This document shows positions 22,001 through 31,213 of a stretch of 64,000 nt of DNA, in pieces; the first letter of the stretch is position 1, and each line of letters starts with the position of its first letter. The notes beneath the pieces are model-generated. The model worked only from the letters and a program-made list of their open reading frames with translations, made no database searches and was not told where the DNA came from. The DNA comes from a virus (Duplodnaviria; Caudoviricetes): the IMG/VR virus record IMGVR_UViG_3300027278_000012, positions 8,121 to 72,120 of that record; one strand, 5' to 3'. The translations under genes were made by a program, and so were the position numbers.

Positions 22001-23758
22001 AATTTAAAAGACATCGAAGAAAGAAGTTTACAATTGTTAAGAATAGAAAGAAATAAAAAATCTATCATGACTTCAACTTTTGGATCTTTATTAAAAGAAG
22101 GAGATGATTTAAAATACAATCCTAATAACTTAGAGAATTCTAAGCTTCTGGAAGACATGATCAAATCTGTTGTGTATCAACAGAAATATATTCAAAGCGA
22201 AGTGTTTGATGTAGCTCTTGGTAAAATATCTGGATTTGGCAAAACTCTTAATGAGAAACTAGGAATAACTTTATTTCCAGAAAATCTTGAAGAAAGACAA
22301 TTGTCAGCAAATAAATTTTTAGATACAATAAATACACAGTTTCAATTAAATACATTAGGACTTAATCCTCTATCTGCTATATCCAACTTATTTGGTGGTA
22401 CAGCAAATGGTTTAATTAATGCTGGTAAGTATTTTACAAAAACAGATTTCTTAAAAACACAAATGTGGATGCTTGGAGGTAAAATGACAGGTGGTGAAGA
22501 TAGACAAAAAGCATTAGCTGCTCTTGATTACTTTGTCCCTTTTGTAGAAAGTTATAATAAGAACGCTGCAAGAAAACTTTCATTAAATAAAATAGATGAA
22601 CAAGCTGTACAAGATTATCTAATGTTCTTGATGAGAAATGGTGATGAAGGTGTACAAGCGTTAAACTTTTATACATTTATCAAAAATACAATTGTTCAAG
22701 ATGGAAAAATAGTTAATGTTAGAGAGTATTTAAGAAGCACAGATGAATACAAAGCTTTTTATTCTGGAACACAACAAGAAAGAAAAGAGAGAGCTGATAA
22801 GTTTGAAAAAGATGTACAAGAATTATTAGATGATAAAGGAGTGTTGAAACTTGGAGAGGTAGTAGATGGTGAATTTGTTATTCCTGGTGTAGATAAGAAA
22901 TCTGATTCTGTTATAGAATTTAGAAGAATTGTTCAAAGTTTTACAGCAGATGCTCTTGGTTCTATGAGTGAAGAAAATAAAAGACTTGTAAACATGAATG
23001 TGTATGCATCTTCTATGATGGTATTTAAAAACTGGATACCTAGACTTGTTGATGTTCGTATTGGAAATATAAAATACAATGCTGCATCAGATGCTTATGA
23101 ATGGGGAAGAATGAGGATGATCTTTGGTATGGTATTTACAGACACTTTAAAATCAATCAATAGTTTACAATCTGCATTAGGAGGGAACAATGATGTTTGG
23201 TTAGAGCAAGTTAGGGGTCTTTATGAAAGAAAGCAATCAGAGTATGAAGCTAATACAGGAAAGAAACTTGATATGACTGAAGATGAATTTATAGCTCTTG
23301 TAAATCAAAACATTAAAAATCAAGCAGTAGATTTAATTATTTTGTTAGGTTTAATATCTTTACTGGCAGGTTTAAAAGCTGCAGCTCCAGATGATGATGA
23401 AGATGTTCTTGTTAGAAATCAATATAAGTTTTTATTAAAAGCTACAGATAAGTTAACAGATGAGCTTATGTATTTCTATAATCCAACCACTCCTCTTGAT
23501 TTAATTTCAGGTAAAGGAGGTATATTTCCTTCTATAGGATTATTGGATAATTACAAAAAGTTTTTTACAAATTTTGTTTCAGAGAACTATGGGATAATTA
23601 CTAATAACGAAGAGATACAAGATGATGCTACACCAATTAAATATTTAATGAAATCATTTCCTATAGCAAGTCAAGCATCTGGATATTTACCAATGTTCTA
23701 TCCTAGCTTAGCTAAAGATCTTGGGATCAAAATGCAATCACAATATGGAATTAGATAA
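19079..23758 (+). CDS. Large virion protein with degenerate zincin-like EEAMH motif and a PD-(D/E)XK nuclease domain
   Basis: KGTAGH ... SEVKI ... AGTVDFIAVTPDGKTSILDWK ... QMGKY pattern at about 19990-20390; third giant gene of the block. Confidence 0.7.
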   Translation: MAHCVNRSSPEFIALAEQSNINPIILAAKVSLWQEENGLDNFPALEDVVKTTEEEVIEQEASPKLISLMKEFIKSIGVDYKLVSDIVVDGVKQDANGVALIMQKLIQVVEGQEDVALPEEAMHFAVEIIRQTNPKLYQQLLKEINGHPKLNAVIALYGNDPAYQKDGVRDIVKLKEEAIAQVLANRLEDVVGRTWFQKIIDFLTPRFMKAGFDKASMDVLSGKIASVEDIDVSQRGAYFQLSTGERVFNDLLETSKRIKTKDGGYELDGIKSVRRVSDFAKEFYERIFPPSAKSEFEDAVNSLKAEKGTAGHTDIEYALKMLVDPTTGLLREEMEDDSDYISKLNPNDRRMYEILRDNLKERLLAIDEKAPGTRFMSEVKIFDKKRKIAGTVDFIAVTPDGKTSILDWKFMDLNTDRYEDVPWYKVEAWRIQMGKYKDIISTNYGVKSQDFDQTRMIPILAKYTKADFEKQILPRLLEVKIGSANIQNIEEDYLLPVGLADEKTGNKKIDKLIEQFNATYRKLAEEKVNESERSSKAEQLNALYKAIRHLQIKGNVVPLINQAKILNKQVSMLLKRYNTDFEGKDPSEVDADKINAFAGMIRIHLEALQPYLNLKQLGTLLTDETEENDKLKLELGATRDKVEDYIFQLEELDETFGEKFNNTSSTPEKVVKGITKWFSSISTIQVANIQTLYKLANKAFGLSNIETLEQVKRLNVLKDEYTKWASSKGLSIGNYFNILMKKDKNELIDQYDKKFYDELKSRIAKKDVDWILDNVNKDLYREHLEELTEKEIQYILSRPRVGTEEEVKASIKRDMAKVYAKYDIQNKNSNGWLMYKEVRQFPKTDKWESEEWKELNKPENAPAKKFYDYIVERNKYFQSVEYLNGKASRKFLPWIRKGFTEGLVFEGKSRGLGEQFLRNISMDENEAGYGQTDPITGELINSVPKYFTKDLGEGYSTDLFKTMALYNEYAIKFKNLKDIEERSLQLLRIERNKKSIMTSTFGSLLKEGDDLKYNPNNLENSKLLEDMIKSVVYQQKYIQSEVFDVALGKISGFGKTLNEKLGITLFPENLEERQLSANKFLDTINTQFQLNTLGLNPLSAISNLFGGTANGLINAGKYFTKTDFLKTQMWMLGGKMTGGEDRQKALAALDYFVPFVESYNKNAARKLSLNKIDEQAVQDYLMFLMRNGDEGVQALNFYTFIKNTIVQDGKIVNVREYLRSTDEYKAFYSGTQQERKERADKFEKDVQELLDDKGVLKLGEVVDGEFVIPGVDKKSDSVIEFRRIVQSFTADALGSMSEENKRLVNMNVYASSMMVFKNWIPRLVDVRIGNIKYNAASDAYEWGRMRMIFGMVFTDTLKSINSLQSALGGNNDVWLEQVRGLYERKQSEYEANTGKKLDMTEDEFIALVNQNIKNQAVDLIILLGLISLLAGLKAAAPDDDEDVLVRNQYKFLLKATDKLTDELMYFYNPTTPLDLISGKGGIFPSIGLLDNYKKFFTNFVSENYGIITNNEEIQDDATPIKYLMKSFPIASQASGYLPMFYPSLAKDLGIKMQSQYGIR

Positions 23759-23795
23759 TCGAACGCTATATTATACCATCTATTTTTCATAACAC

Positions 23796-23826
23796 TTTGA
23801 CGTTAAGTTTATAAACATTATTTTTA
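23796..23826 (+). promoter_or_regulatory. Possible host-type promoter before the tail fibre gene
   Basis: TTTG at 23796-23799, 19-nt spacer, TATTTTTA (one mismatch to TAnnTTTG). Confidence 0.35.
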
Positions 23827-23845
23827 CACATTATACAACATACCC

Positions 23846-26719
23846 ATGAATCAATTTTGTGAAGCTATTCCATGTCCTGTTATACTAAATGCTACCTGCG
23901 TATTCTACGAAGGAGCTAGTTTAGTATGTTCAGGAATCAATACTAATGACACTCTTGAGACTGTCATAGTTAAGTTAAATCAAAAACTATGTAATGTTAG
24001 TGGAACATCTGGTACAAGTGGGACCAGTGGGACTAGTGGTACAACTGGTACATCAGGATCTAGTGGGTCTTCAGGCACTAGTGGCTCAAGTGGTACATCT
24101 GCAACTAGTGGTACCACAGGTACTAGCGGATCTTCAGGTACAAGTGGATCAAATGGTGATAGATATAAAACATCTTCTACAACAGATTTCACATTAGGAT
24201 ATGCAGGAACGCTCACTGTTGATACTGGATTAGCATATACAACAGGACAATCTATTATAATAGTTCATGATATTAATAATTATCAAGAGTGTGTTACTAT
24301 TTCTTATAATACACTCACAGGTATATTAGTATTTGGTACACCAAATTTAACTGTAGGAGCAGGAGCATTTACATCATGGATTGTAAATCTTGATGGTGCT
24401 ACAGGTGGTGATGGTTCTTCAGGAACATCAGGAAGTAGTGGAACAGCTGGTACATCTGGAACCACAGGTACAAATGGTACAAGTGGAACTACAGGAACAT
24501 CAGGTAGTACAGGTTCTAATGGTACATCTGGAACAAGAGGCTCAAACGGAACAAGTGGCACAACTGGTACTTCTGGTTCTTCTGGTACTACTGGCACTAG
24601 TGGAAGTAACGGAAGTAATGGTACATCAGGTACCACAGGAACAAGTGGTTCTAATGGATCTAATGGTACGTCAGGAATAAATGGTATAAGTGGTACATCT
24701 GGATCTAATGGAAGCAGTGGAACATCAGGATATGATGGAATAAATGGAACTAGTGGAACTACAGGTACAAGTGGAACAAGCGGAACAAGTGGAGATACTG
24801 GTAGCAGCGGAACATCTGGTACAACAGGTACTTCTGGAACTACAGGTTCAGGTGGAACTTCTGGTACATCAGGGACTACAGGAACTAGTGGTACTAGTGG
24901 TGCAAATGGTATATCATCAGGACAGATTTATTATTTTAATGAATCTCAACCATCAGGAGTTAATACTTATAAAGTGTTATCTCCAACACCATCAGCAGCA
25001 GCTGAACAAATTGTAACTAAAACATTAACTAACACTCAACAGAATGTATTAATTTCAAGTTTTATAACACCACAGCTAGGCTTCTCAGTGATACCTGGAG
25101 GCTTACAAAGATTTCATTATCATTTCTTAAAACCAGCTAGTAACGATAATATTGATGTTTATGCAACTATACAATTAGCTGATAGTGCAGGGACACCAAT
25201 TGGACCAATTATACCTACAGGTGTTTCTGCAATTGGATGGGTTACTTCTACTATACCTGTTGAGGTGACAACAGATTTAACATTAACAACAACAACAATT
25301 GATCCTACAACTAGGGTGATTGTTAAAATTTATGCAAATAATAATGATAGTGCTTCACATATTTTAAACTGGTATACAGAAGGATCTTCATATTATTCAT
25401 TTATTGTTACATCTGTTGGTGTTGTATATGCAACTTCAGGCACTAGTGGATCTTCAGGAACATCTGGTGCAATTGGTTCAACTGGAAGCTCTGGAACAAG
25501 TGGAAGTAATGGATCTTCAGGTACTAGTGGTAATACAGGATTACCTGGAACAAGTGGTACATCTGGATTATTAGGATCATTATCTGCAATAGGAAGTGTT
25601 CCTAATGCTAATGCTGCTACATTAACAGGAAATGTATTAAATCTTCAACCTGCATCAGCTTCCTTTGGTGGTGTTGTTACAACGGGTACACAAACTATAG
25701 CTGGAGATAAAAGTTTTACTGGAGCTATAGATATTAATAATAGTGGAAATTCTTTAAAAGTAACTTCAGGTCAAGGAACTGCATTGGATATTGTGGGTGG
25801 AAATAATAGCAATTCAATAGCTAAATTTACAAATGTAACTGGAACTGTAGAGGTGGGAAGATTCGATGCAACGGGTTTAAAGTTACAGTTAGAAACAGCA
25901 TCTACAATAGCTTCATTTGATGCTAATAAAAATGTGGTTAGTTTGACTACAGCAAATGGTTATCCAACATTAACAGAGTTGAAATCTCTTGTTGGAGTTA
26001 GTGCTACAGCTATTCAAACACAGTTAAATGGTAAGCAACCGATTAATGCAAATCTTACATCTATATCAGCTTTAAGTACAACAAGTGGAGCCTCATTTGT
26101 AAGAGTGTTTAATGGAACTTATTATTTAGACAATGGAAACTATTTAACTTCTGTTGGAATAGCAAATTTAACTGCAACAGGTACACCATCTGCTACAACT
26201 TATTTACGAGGTGATAATACTTGGTCATCAATTCCAGTTTCATCTCAAAGTGCTTATACAGTATTAGCTAATAATACAAATGCAAGTGCAGTACCAACCG
26301 AACAAGTATATAAAGACGTAGGTCAACAAACCTATACAGCGACACCTACTTGGTCAACATCAGCTCCAACAACTATATTGGCAAACACATACGAGTGGAC
26401 TCAAATAGGAAGTACGGTAAATGTTAGAATAAGTTTAAGTTATAATACTGGTGCAGTTAATTCAAGTGTAATACTTCCAATGCCAGCCGACATGCCAGTA
26501 CCATCATCTATAACTGGATTTACTGGGGCATTAGATATACTTGCTTATGGAAGTGGTATGATGGTAAACGCTACAAATCAAAATCCTCCAGCAGTAACAG
26601 GAGCTAGAAACTGTTTGTTAAGAAGGAACGCTGCAAACACTGGATATGAGTTCTTTGTAAACATAAGTGTAACTGTAACCACAAAAGTAGTAATTGTTAA
26701 TTTAACATATTTTGCATAA
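23846..26719 (+). CDS. Tail fibre / appendage protein with collagen-like Gly-Thr-Ser repeats
   Basis: Cys-rich N-terminus, three long G-X-Y blocks of SGT/TGT/NGT, beta-rich C-terminal part; followed by a chaperone-like gene. Confidence 0.7.
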   Translation: MNQFCEAIPCPVILNATCVFYEGASLVCSGINTNDTLETVIVKLNQKLCNVSGTSGTSGTSGTSGTTGTSGSSGSSGTSGSSGTSATSGTTGTSGSSGTSGSNGDRYKTSSTTDFTLGYAGTLTVDTGLAYTTGQSIIIVHDINNYQECVTISYNTLTGILVFGTPNLTVGAGAFTSWIVNLDGATGGDGSSGTSGSSGTAGTSGTTGTNGTSGTTGTSGSTGSNGTSGTRGSNGTSGTTGTSGSSGTTGTSGSNGSNGTSGTTGTSGSNGSNGTSGINGISGTSGSNGSSGTSGYDGINGTSGTTGTSGTSGTSGDTGSSGTSGTTGTSGTTGSGGTSGTSGTTGTSGTSGANGISSGQIYYFNESQPSGVNTYKVLSPTPSAAAEQIVTKTLTNTQQNVLISSFITPQLGFSVIPGGLQRFHYHFLKPASNDNIDVYATIQLADSAGTPIGPIIPTGVSAIGWVTSTIPVEVTTDLTLTTTTIDPTTRVIVKIYANNNDSASHILNWYTEGSSYYSFIVTSVGVVYATSGTSGSSGTSGAIGSTGSSGTSGSNGSSGTSGNTGLPGTSGTSGLLGSLSAIGSVPNANAATLTGNVLNLQPASASFGGVVTTGTQTIAGDKSFTGAIDINNSGNSLKVTSGQGTALDIVGGNNSNSIAKFTNVTGTVEVGRFDATGLKLQLETASTIASFDANKNVVSLTTANGYPTLTELKSLVGVSATAIQTQLNGKQPINANLTSISALSTTSGASFVRVFNGTYYLDNGNYLTSVGIANLTATGTPSATTYLRGDNTWSSIPVSSQSAYTVLANNTNASAVPTEQVYKDVGQQTYTATPTWSTSAPTTILANTYEWTQIGSTVNVRISLSYNTGAVNSSVILPMPADMPVPSSITGFTGALDILAYGSGMMVNATNQNPPAVTGARNCLLRRNAANTGYEFFVNISVTVTTKVVIVNLTYFA
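23999..25570 (+). repeat. Three blocks of coding (GTS)n triplet repeats
   Basis: Blocks at about 23999-24155, 24407-24920 and 25432-25570, with synonymous variation between units. Confidence 0.9.
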
Positions 26720-27135
26720 TGAGACACATAAGACAAATAAATAGTGTAGGAACAAATAGCTACACAGTAGTTGTAGCTGAAGAGCCATTAGAGAGTCACA
26801 GATCAATTATAAATCATTCAGATCTTTTTGAGATATCAGAGGATGAATTACCTGAATTTGTACAGTATGTAGACATGCAGCCACCAACAGTACCATACGA
26901 AGTACAACTATGGAGAATTAGAACTGTGTTAAAGTTGATGCAGCTAGAGGCACAGATAGAGTCTGCTATAGACGCTATGCCAGAACCTTCTAAAACTGCT
27001 GCAACATATATATGGAAGTTTGGTACAACTGTAGAGAGAGCAAGTCAGACGGTTATGTTGCTACAGTCTGCATTGCAACTTACGGACGAACAGGTAGATG
27101 ATTTATTCATACAAGCAGAAGCAATCTTATTATGA
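26719..27135 (+). CDS. Putative tail fibre assembly/chaperone protein
   Basis: W...TTVERASQTV..LQSALQLTDEQVDDLFIQA ending resembles small proteins found downstream of tail fibres; TAATG coupling. Confidence 0.5.
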   Translation: MRHIRQINSVGTNSYTVVVAEEPLESHRSIINHSDLFEISEDELPEFVQYVDMQPPTVPYEVQLWRIRTVLKLMQLEAQIESAIDAMPEPSKTAATYIWKFGTTVERASQTVMLLQSALQLTDEQVDDLFIQAEAILL

Positions 27136-27449
27136 TACTATTTACAATAGCATATGTACTCTATCTTCCACTAACTCTAATCAACTGGCTATTCGTTAAG
27201 GAAAAGTCTGGATACTTTAAGAGCAGTGCTGTTAACTTAGATAGGTTTGGTAATAGAGAGTTCAGGACCTTGTTTAATAAAGTACTTATAAATAATAATG
27301 GGCATAGATTTGGTAATATTGAAGAAACCATATCTAGTGTTTTAGGAAAGAATCAACTAACAGGTACACTCACTTGCGCTGGAAAGATCTTAGTTTGGGT
27401 GTTAGACAAGATAGATAACAATCACGCAATAAAATCAATCAATGAATAA
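27132..27449 (+). CDS. Hypothetical phage protein (LDRFGN...ETISSVLGKN type)
   Basis: Coupled ORF with N-terminal hydrophobic segment. Confidence 0.5.
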   Translation: MILFTIAYVLYLPLTLINWLFVKEKSGYFKSSAVNLDRFGNREFRTLFNKVLINNNGHRFGNIEETISSVLGKNQLTGTLTCAGKILVWVLDKIDNNHAIKSINE

Positions 27450-27705
27450 ATTTATAGAAGAAAGATGGTACATGCACCTAATAGGTGGAGCCATTACAGT
27501 AACACCAATAATTTGGTTGTTGATTAAATTTGACCCATCTTTTGATATAGGTAAGATAGCTCAGGTATTTATTGCTGGCTTCTTTGCTTATTGTATTGGA
27601 TTTATGTGGGAGTATTACTTTGCTAAATTTCATGAAGCTCCATTTGATTATAATGACATTTGGTTCACAGTGTTAGGTGCATTAATCGGAACATCATTAT
27701 TATAA
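27442..27705 (+). CDS. Small multi-pass membrane protein
   Basis: Three hydrophobic helices in 87 aa. Confidence 0.55.
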   Translation: MNKFIEERWYMHLIGGAITVTPIIWLLIKFDPSFDIGKIAQVFIAGFFAYCIGFMWEYYFAKFHEAPFDYNDIWFTVLGALIGTSLL

Positions 27706-27706
27706 T

Positions 27707-27729
27707 AAAACCCTCTACATGAGGGTTTT
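27707..27729. terminator. Bidirectional intrinsic terminator
   Basis: AAAACCCTC-TACAT-GAGGGTTTT hairpin between convergent genes. Confidence 0.85.
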
Positions 27730-29811
27730 TATTTTTTCTATCACCATCTCTGGAGTTATACTAGTCTGACATTCAAACTGTCTATCTGTACCTTTGTGAA
27801 CAGGGCACCAATTCCAATCTCCTTTATCAAACTTATATTGTGGATCATTCCAACATCCATGGCATACATTTGTGTTAACTGGTCTATGGCATGAGAACTC
27901 ATGTTGTTTGTCAGTGAAATTACTGATCATTATCACTGGTACATCTAATCCCCAAGCTAACCAACTTAGTCCACTAGATAGTCCTATAAAGAATTCACTT
28001 TGTGTTATCCATTCTATTGTGCTCTCAATTGATTTGTCAAGTAATGCATCACAGTTGTCAAATGGATTGCTTTCTAGTGATACATTCTTCACTATATATC
28101 CTTGACCATGTAAGTAATTAATCACTTCTTGCCAGTTCTCTCTGGTCCAGAACTTACATCCAGCTGTACTATTTGTAGCTATTGTAACTAGTTTATAGTT
28201 TGCTTTAAGTCCTGAGTTATGTATTCTAGGTTTGATTTCTTTATAAGGAAGTCCTAGAATGTTTGTAGCTGTTTGCTGAAGAGGAATTGTATTAGGAAGA
28301 ACAGGTTCTTTATTATCATTATAGAACCAACCAATCTTATACATTGCATACAGATTATTAACTGTAGTTCCTGGTTCCACAAATTCTAACATTGGATATT
28401 CTTTTTCAAATAAGAAGTTCTTAAATGTACTTACAATAACTTCACAGTTATGTAGACATCTAAACTCTTCTACATAAGGCATCCAAGCTATAGTATCACC
28501 TAGAGATGAACTATCAAAAGCTATATACACTCTTCTGTTCTCTAGATTTAGTATGTTATTATACACTTCCACACCATCCTTATACACTATAGTTTGCCAT
28601 CTAGTAAAGTATTCTCTGTTAAGTCTTATCCAATGGTTGCACTTTATTGTATCATAATGAACTAATTTATCACTTTCTAGATCATAAAACTCTACATCAA
28701 ATGTGCTATTGCTAGTTCCTGTTATTTCAAGGAATGGTTGTCCAACAAAGTTTTGTATGATATTATAATCATTTATAGGCTTTTTGTTCGGAATAACGGA
28801 CATTGCTTTCTCATATAATGATATGTGATGTTTAGCAAAATCATCAGTTGTATTATTAGTTAGTATATGATAATTTGTATGATCTGTTAACATATCTTCT
28901 ACCTGACGTTTTAATTTTATAGGATTTAGAGTTGTAATATACCTAGTGAACATGTTCTTGTATTGAGGAAGATCTCTAGCAATAATCTTTTTACCATAAC
29001 TAATAGCTTCTCTTAATACTAATGGATTACATTCCCATGTACTATTAAACATGAATATATCAGCAGCCATTAGAAAATATTTAGCATCATCTCTTTCTCC
29101 CCATATCTTTACATTCTCAGGAAGATCTTTCATTAATGGTTTCCAATAGTCTTCAAAGTTACCAGCTTGATTACCTACAAAGTGAAACCCTATATTTGGC
29201 ATTTGTCTAGCTAATTCAAGCATCTCTCCTTGATTCTTTCCAGGAGTCCATAAACCAATGTTTACAACATGTTTCATCTTTAGATTCATACCAAGAGCTA
29301 TCTTAGCTTCATAACAGTTATCTTCTGACACTCTATAGTTATCAATGGGGAACTCAATCACTTCTCTATAACCATCTACATCTTTAAATGTATCTAAGTG
29401 ATAAGGACTGCAGAAAGCATATGCATCAGGTGTGAATATCTTCTCAGAAGGATTGAAAGAAACATCATGACATGTCTCAACTATTCTATATTTCCTATCA
29501 GGAGAATATAATCTTGTCACCATCTTAAGATCTAGTCTTTCAGACATCTCATCTATATGTATAATGTCTGGTTTAAACTCTTCCACCACCTTGAAGATTC
29601 TCATCTTATCTTCATTCAGTGTATATAAACCTGTGAGCTTTATAATTTCATCTCTCTGTACAACATAATCTTTGCTGTAACATTGATATTCTACCACTTG
29701 AATAGATACATTTGGCAGAGTTTGCAACGCTTGTATTCTCTTAAGAAGGAATGCAGGCATACCACCTGTAGATAGGTGAGGAGCAACAAATAATATTTTT
29801 AGTTTAGACAT
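27715..29811 (-). CDS. Two-domain glycosyltransferase: N-terminal GT4-like plus C-terminal TibC/AAH-like (autotransporter heptosyltransferase family) domain
   Basis: HLSTGGMP start and DIFMFNSTWECNPLVLREA (GT4); SSSLGDTIAWMPY, FIGLSSGLSWLAW and the four-Cys CHGCW...WCP...FEC iron-finger pattern. Confidence 0.8.
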   Translation of the reverse strand: MSKLKILFVAPHLSTGGMPAFLLKRIQALQTLPNVSIQVVEYQCYSKDYVVQRDEIIKLTGLYTLNEDKMRIFKVVEEFKPDIIHIDEMSERLDLKMVTRLYSPDRKYRIVETCHDVSFNPSEKIFTPDAYAFCSPYHLDTFKDVDGYREVIEFPIDNYRVSEDNCYEAKIALGMNLKMKHVVNIGLWTPGKNQGEMLELARQMPNIGFHFVGNQAGNFEDYWKPLMKDLPENVKIWGERDDAKYFLMAADIFMFNSTWECNPLVLREAISYGKKIIARDLPQYKNMFTRYITTLNPIKLKRQVEDMLTDHTNYHILTNNTTDDFAKHHISLYEKAMSVIPNKKPINDYNIIQNFVGQPFLEITGTSNSTFDVEFYDLESDKLVHYDTIKCNHWIRLNREYFTRWQTIVYKDGVEVYNNILNLENRRVYIAFDSSSLGDTIAWMPYVEEFRCLHNCEVIVSTFKNFLFEKEYPMLEFVEPGTTVNNLYAMYKIGWFYNDNKEPVLPNTIPLQQTATNILGLPYKEIKPRIHNSGLKANYKLVTIATNSTAGCKFWTRENWQEVINYLHGQGYIVKNVSLESNPFDNCDALLDKSIESTIEWITQSEFFIGLSSGLSWLAWGLDVPVIMISNFTDKQHEFSCHRPVNTNVCHGCWNDPQYKFDKGDWNWCPVHKGTDRQFECQTSITPEMVIEKIKTLM

Positions 29812-29848
29812 TGTTTAGACATTTGTTTAGACATTCGACTTTTAAAAA

Positions 29849-29856
29849 CAAAGATA
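29849..29856 (-). promoter_or_regulatory. -7 box TATCTTTG for the inverted glycosyltransferase gene
   Basis: Plus-strand CAAAGATA about 40 nt upstream of the start. Confidence 0.55.
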
Positions 29857-29931
29857 TAAAAATATATTTAGCTTATGCTATATTATGAAGGAAATGTGAG
29901 TTGACCATTTTATTATATGGAATATATGATT

Positions 29932-29939
29932 TACATTTG
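29932..29939 (+). promoter_or_regulatory. -7 box TACATTTG upstream of the lysis cassette
   Basis: Exact TAnnTTTG in the divergent intergenic region. Confidence 0.5.
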
Positions 29940-30021
29940 TTATAAATTTTTATAATTATTTCTTCTGCGCAATCACACTCTGTGATTGTCTATTATTATA
30001 ATACTCCCACCATCTGCAATT

Positions 30022-30345
30022 ATGGAAAACACATTTGAAAAACAAGTAGAACAAGAATTAAAAAGCATGGACCAACGCCTATATGATCTAGAGGAGAAGA
30101 TGACTTCAATAGACACAAAACTAACACAAGTTGTAGACGCTATATTAGGAAACGCATTAACAAAAGCAGGAGGATTTGTTGCTGAGTTGAATGAATTAAA
30201 GGGCAAAATAAAAACCCTAGAGGATAAATTAAGCAGACAAGAAAACTTTAAAAACAAAGTTATGTGGACTGTTGGTGTAGTGGTAGCTATAGGTGTTATA
30301 CTACAATATTTAGCAAGTATATATTATAATATAAAACGAGTATGA
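30022..30345 (+). CDS. Coiled-coil protein with C-terminal TM helix (lysis-associated, XhlA/holin-like)
   Basis: Likely start MENTFEK at 30022 within track ORF 29986-30345; heptad pattern, then VMWTVGVVVAIGVILQYL. Confidence 0.5.
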   Translation: MENTFEKQVEQELKSMDQRLYDLEEKMTSIDTKLTQVVDAILGNALTKAGGFVAELNELKGKIKTLEDKLSRQENFKNKVMWTVGVVVAIGVILQYLASIYYNIKRV

Positions 30346-30953
30346 TGTTTATAAAAAAGAACTACTTATATTTAATCATAGGCATTCTAGTGCTTGTGAT
30401 ATTTTTACAGAGATGTGACACTGATAAACCTATCACTCCTGTACCACCAACTGTAGAAATAGACACTGTATGGGTGAAACACGATAGTCTTATATATTCT
30501 AAGCCTAAAGTGATTACAGTTATCAAAGGAGTTCCTGAGATACAATATGTACCAGATACATCTTATGCAAAACTTGTTATACAATATAAAAGTTTAGTTG
30601 ATCTGTGCACAGCAAAGAATGTATACTCAGATACATTGAAAATAGATTCTATTGGATATGTAAATGTTTTAGATACAATTTCAAAAAACAGAATACAAGG
30701 AAGAAGATTCAAGTATGATTTAAAATATCCTGTAGTCACAAAGACCATCACTCTTCAAGCACCTCCTAAAACACAAGTGTATATAGGTGGAGGCTTACAA
30801 GGAAACCAGTATAACATAGTTAATCAGTTTAGTGCAGGATTACTCCTCAAGACTAAGAAAGATCAAATCTATGGAGTGTATACAGGAATGAACACAGATG
30901 GAAAAGTACAATATGGCTTACAAAGCTATTGGAAAATCAAATTAGGTAAGTGA
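30342..30953 (+). CDS. Membrane-anchored lysis-region protein (possible spanin-like)
   Basis: N-terminal TM/lipoprotein-like signal (IFLQRC), DTVWVKHDS repeats; position in the lysis cassette. Confidence 0.45.
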   Translation: MMFIKKNYLYLIIGILVLVIFLQRCDTDKPITPVPPTVEIDTVWVKHDSLIYSKPKVITVIKGVPEIQYVPDTSYAKLVIQYKSLVDLCTAKNVYSDTLKIDSIGYVNVLDTISKNRIQGRRFKYDLKYPVVTKTITLQAPPKTQVYIGGGLQGNQYNIVNQFSAGLLLKTKKDQIYGVYTGMNTDGKVQYGLQSYWKIKLGK

Positions 30954-31213
30954 TAAAACTATTTAAATACATAGAACCATTATGGTTAGGAACCAACAAT
31001 AAGATATCTATACGCAAGATTTTATCGTTGGCTTTTTCTATTGATTTTGTAAGCAACATTTCTTTTGTTATACATAAATGGGAAATAGGAAAATCATATT
31101 CTGATGTAGCTATGTTACTAGGACTAGAAGCTGCTCTTATAGCTGCTCTTCTATCACTCACCACATATTCAACTATGGTGGCAAATAAAAACTCAAACAC
31201 AGAAATAGACTAA
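30950..31213 (+). CDS. Putative holin
   Basis: 87 aa, two hydrophobic helices, directly upstream of the endolysin. Confidence 0.55.
   Translation: MIKLFKYIEPLWLGTNNKISIRKILSLAFSIDFVSNISFVIHKWEIGKSYSDVAMLLGLEAALIAALLSLTTYSTMVANKNSNTEID

Noticed and set aside
1931-22676. Many 60-170 aa minus-strand ORFs within the giant genes
   Set aside because: They are shadow frames of long coding genes, with no motifs or expression signals.
23980-25016. Alternative-frame Val/Gln/Leu- and Pro/Val-rich ORFs over the tail fibre
   Set aside because: They are frame artefacts of the triplet repeat.
23999-25570. GTS repeats as a non-coding repeat array or CRISPR
   Set aside because: They have in-frame 9-nt periodicity with synonymous variation inside a 957-aa ORF.
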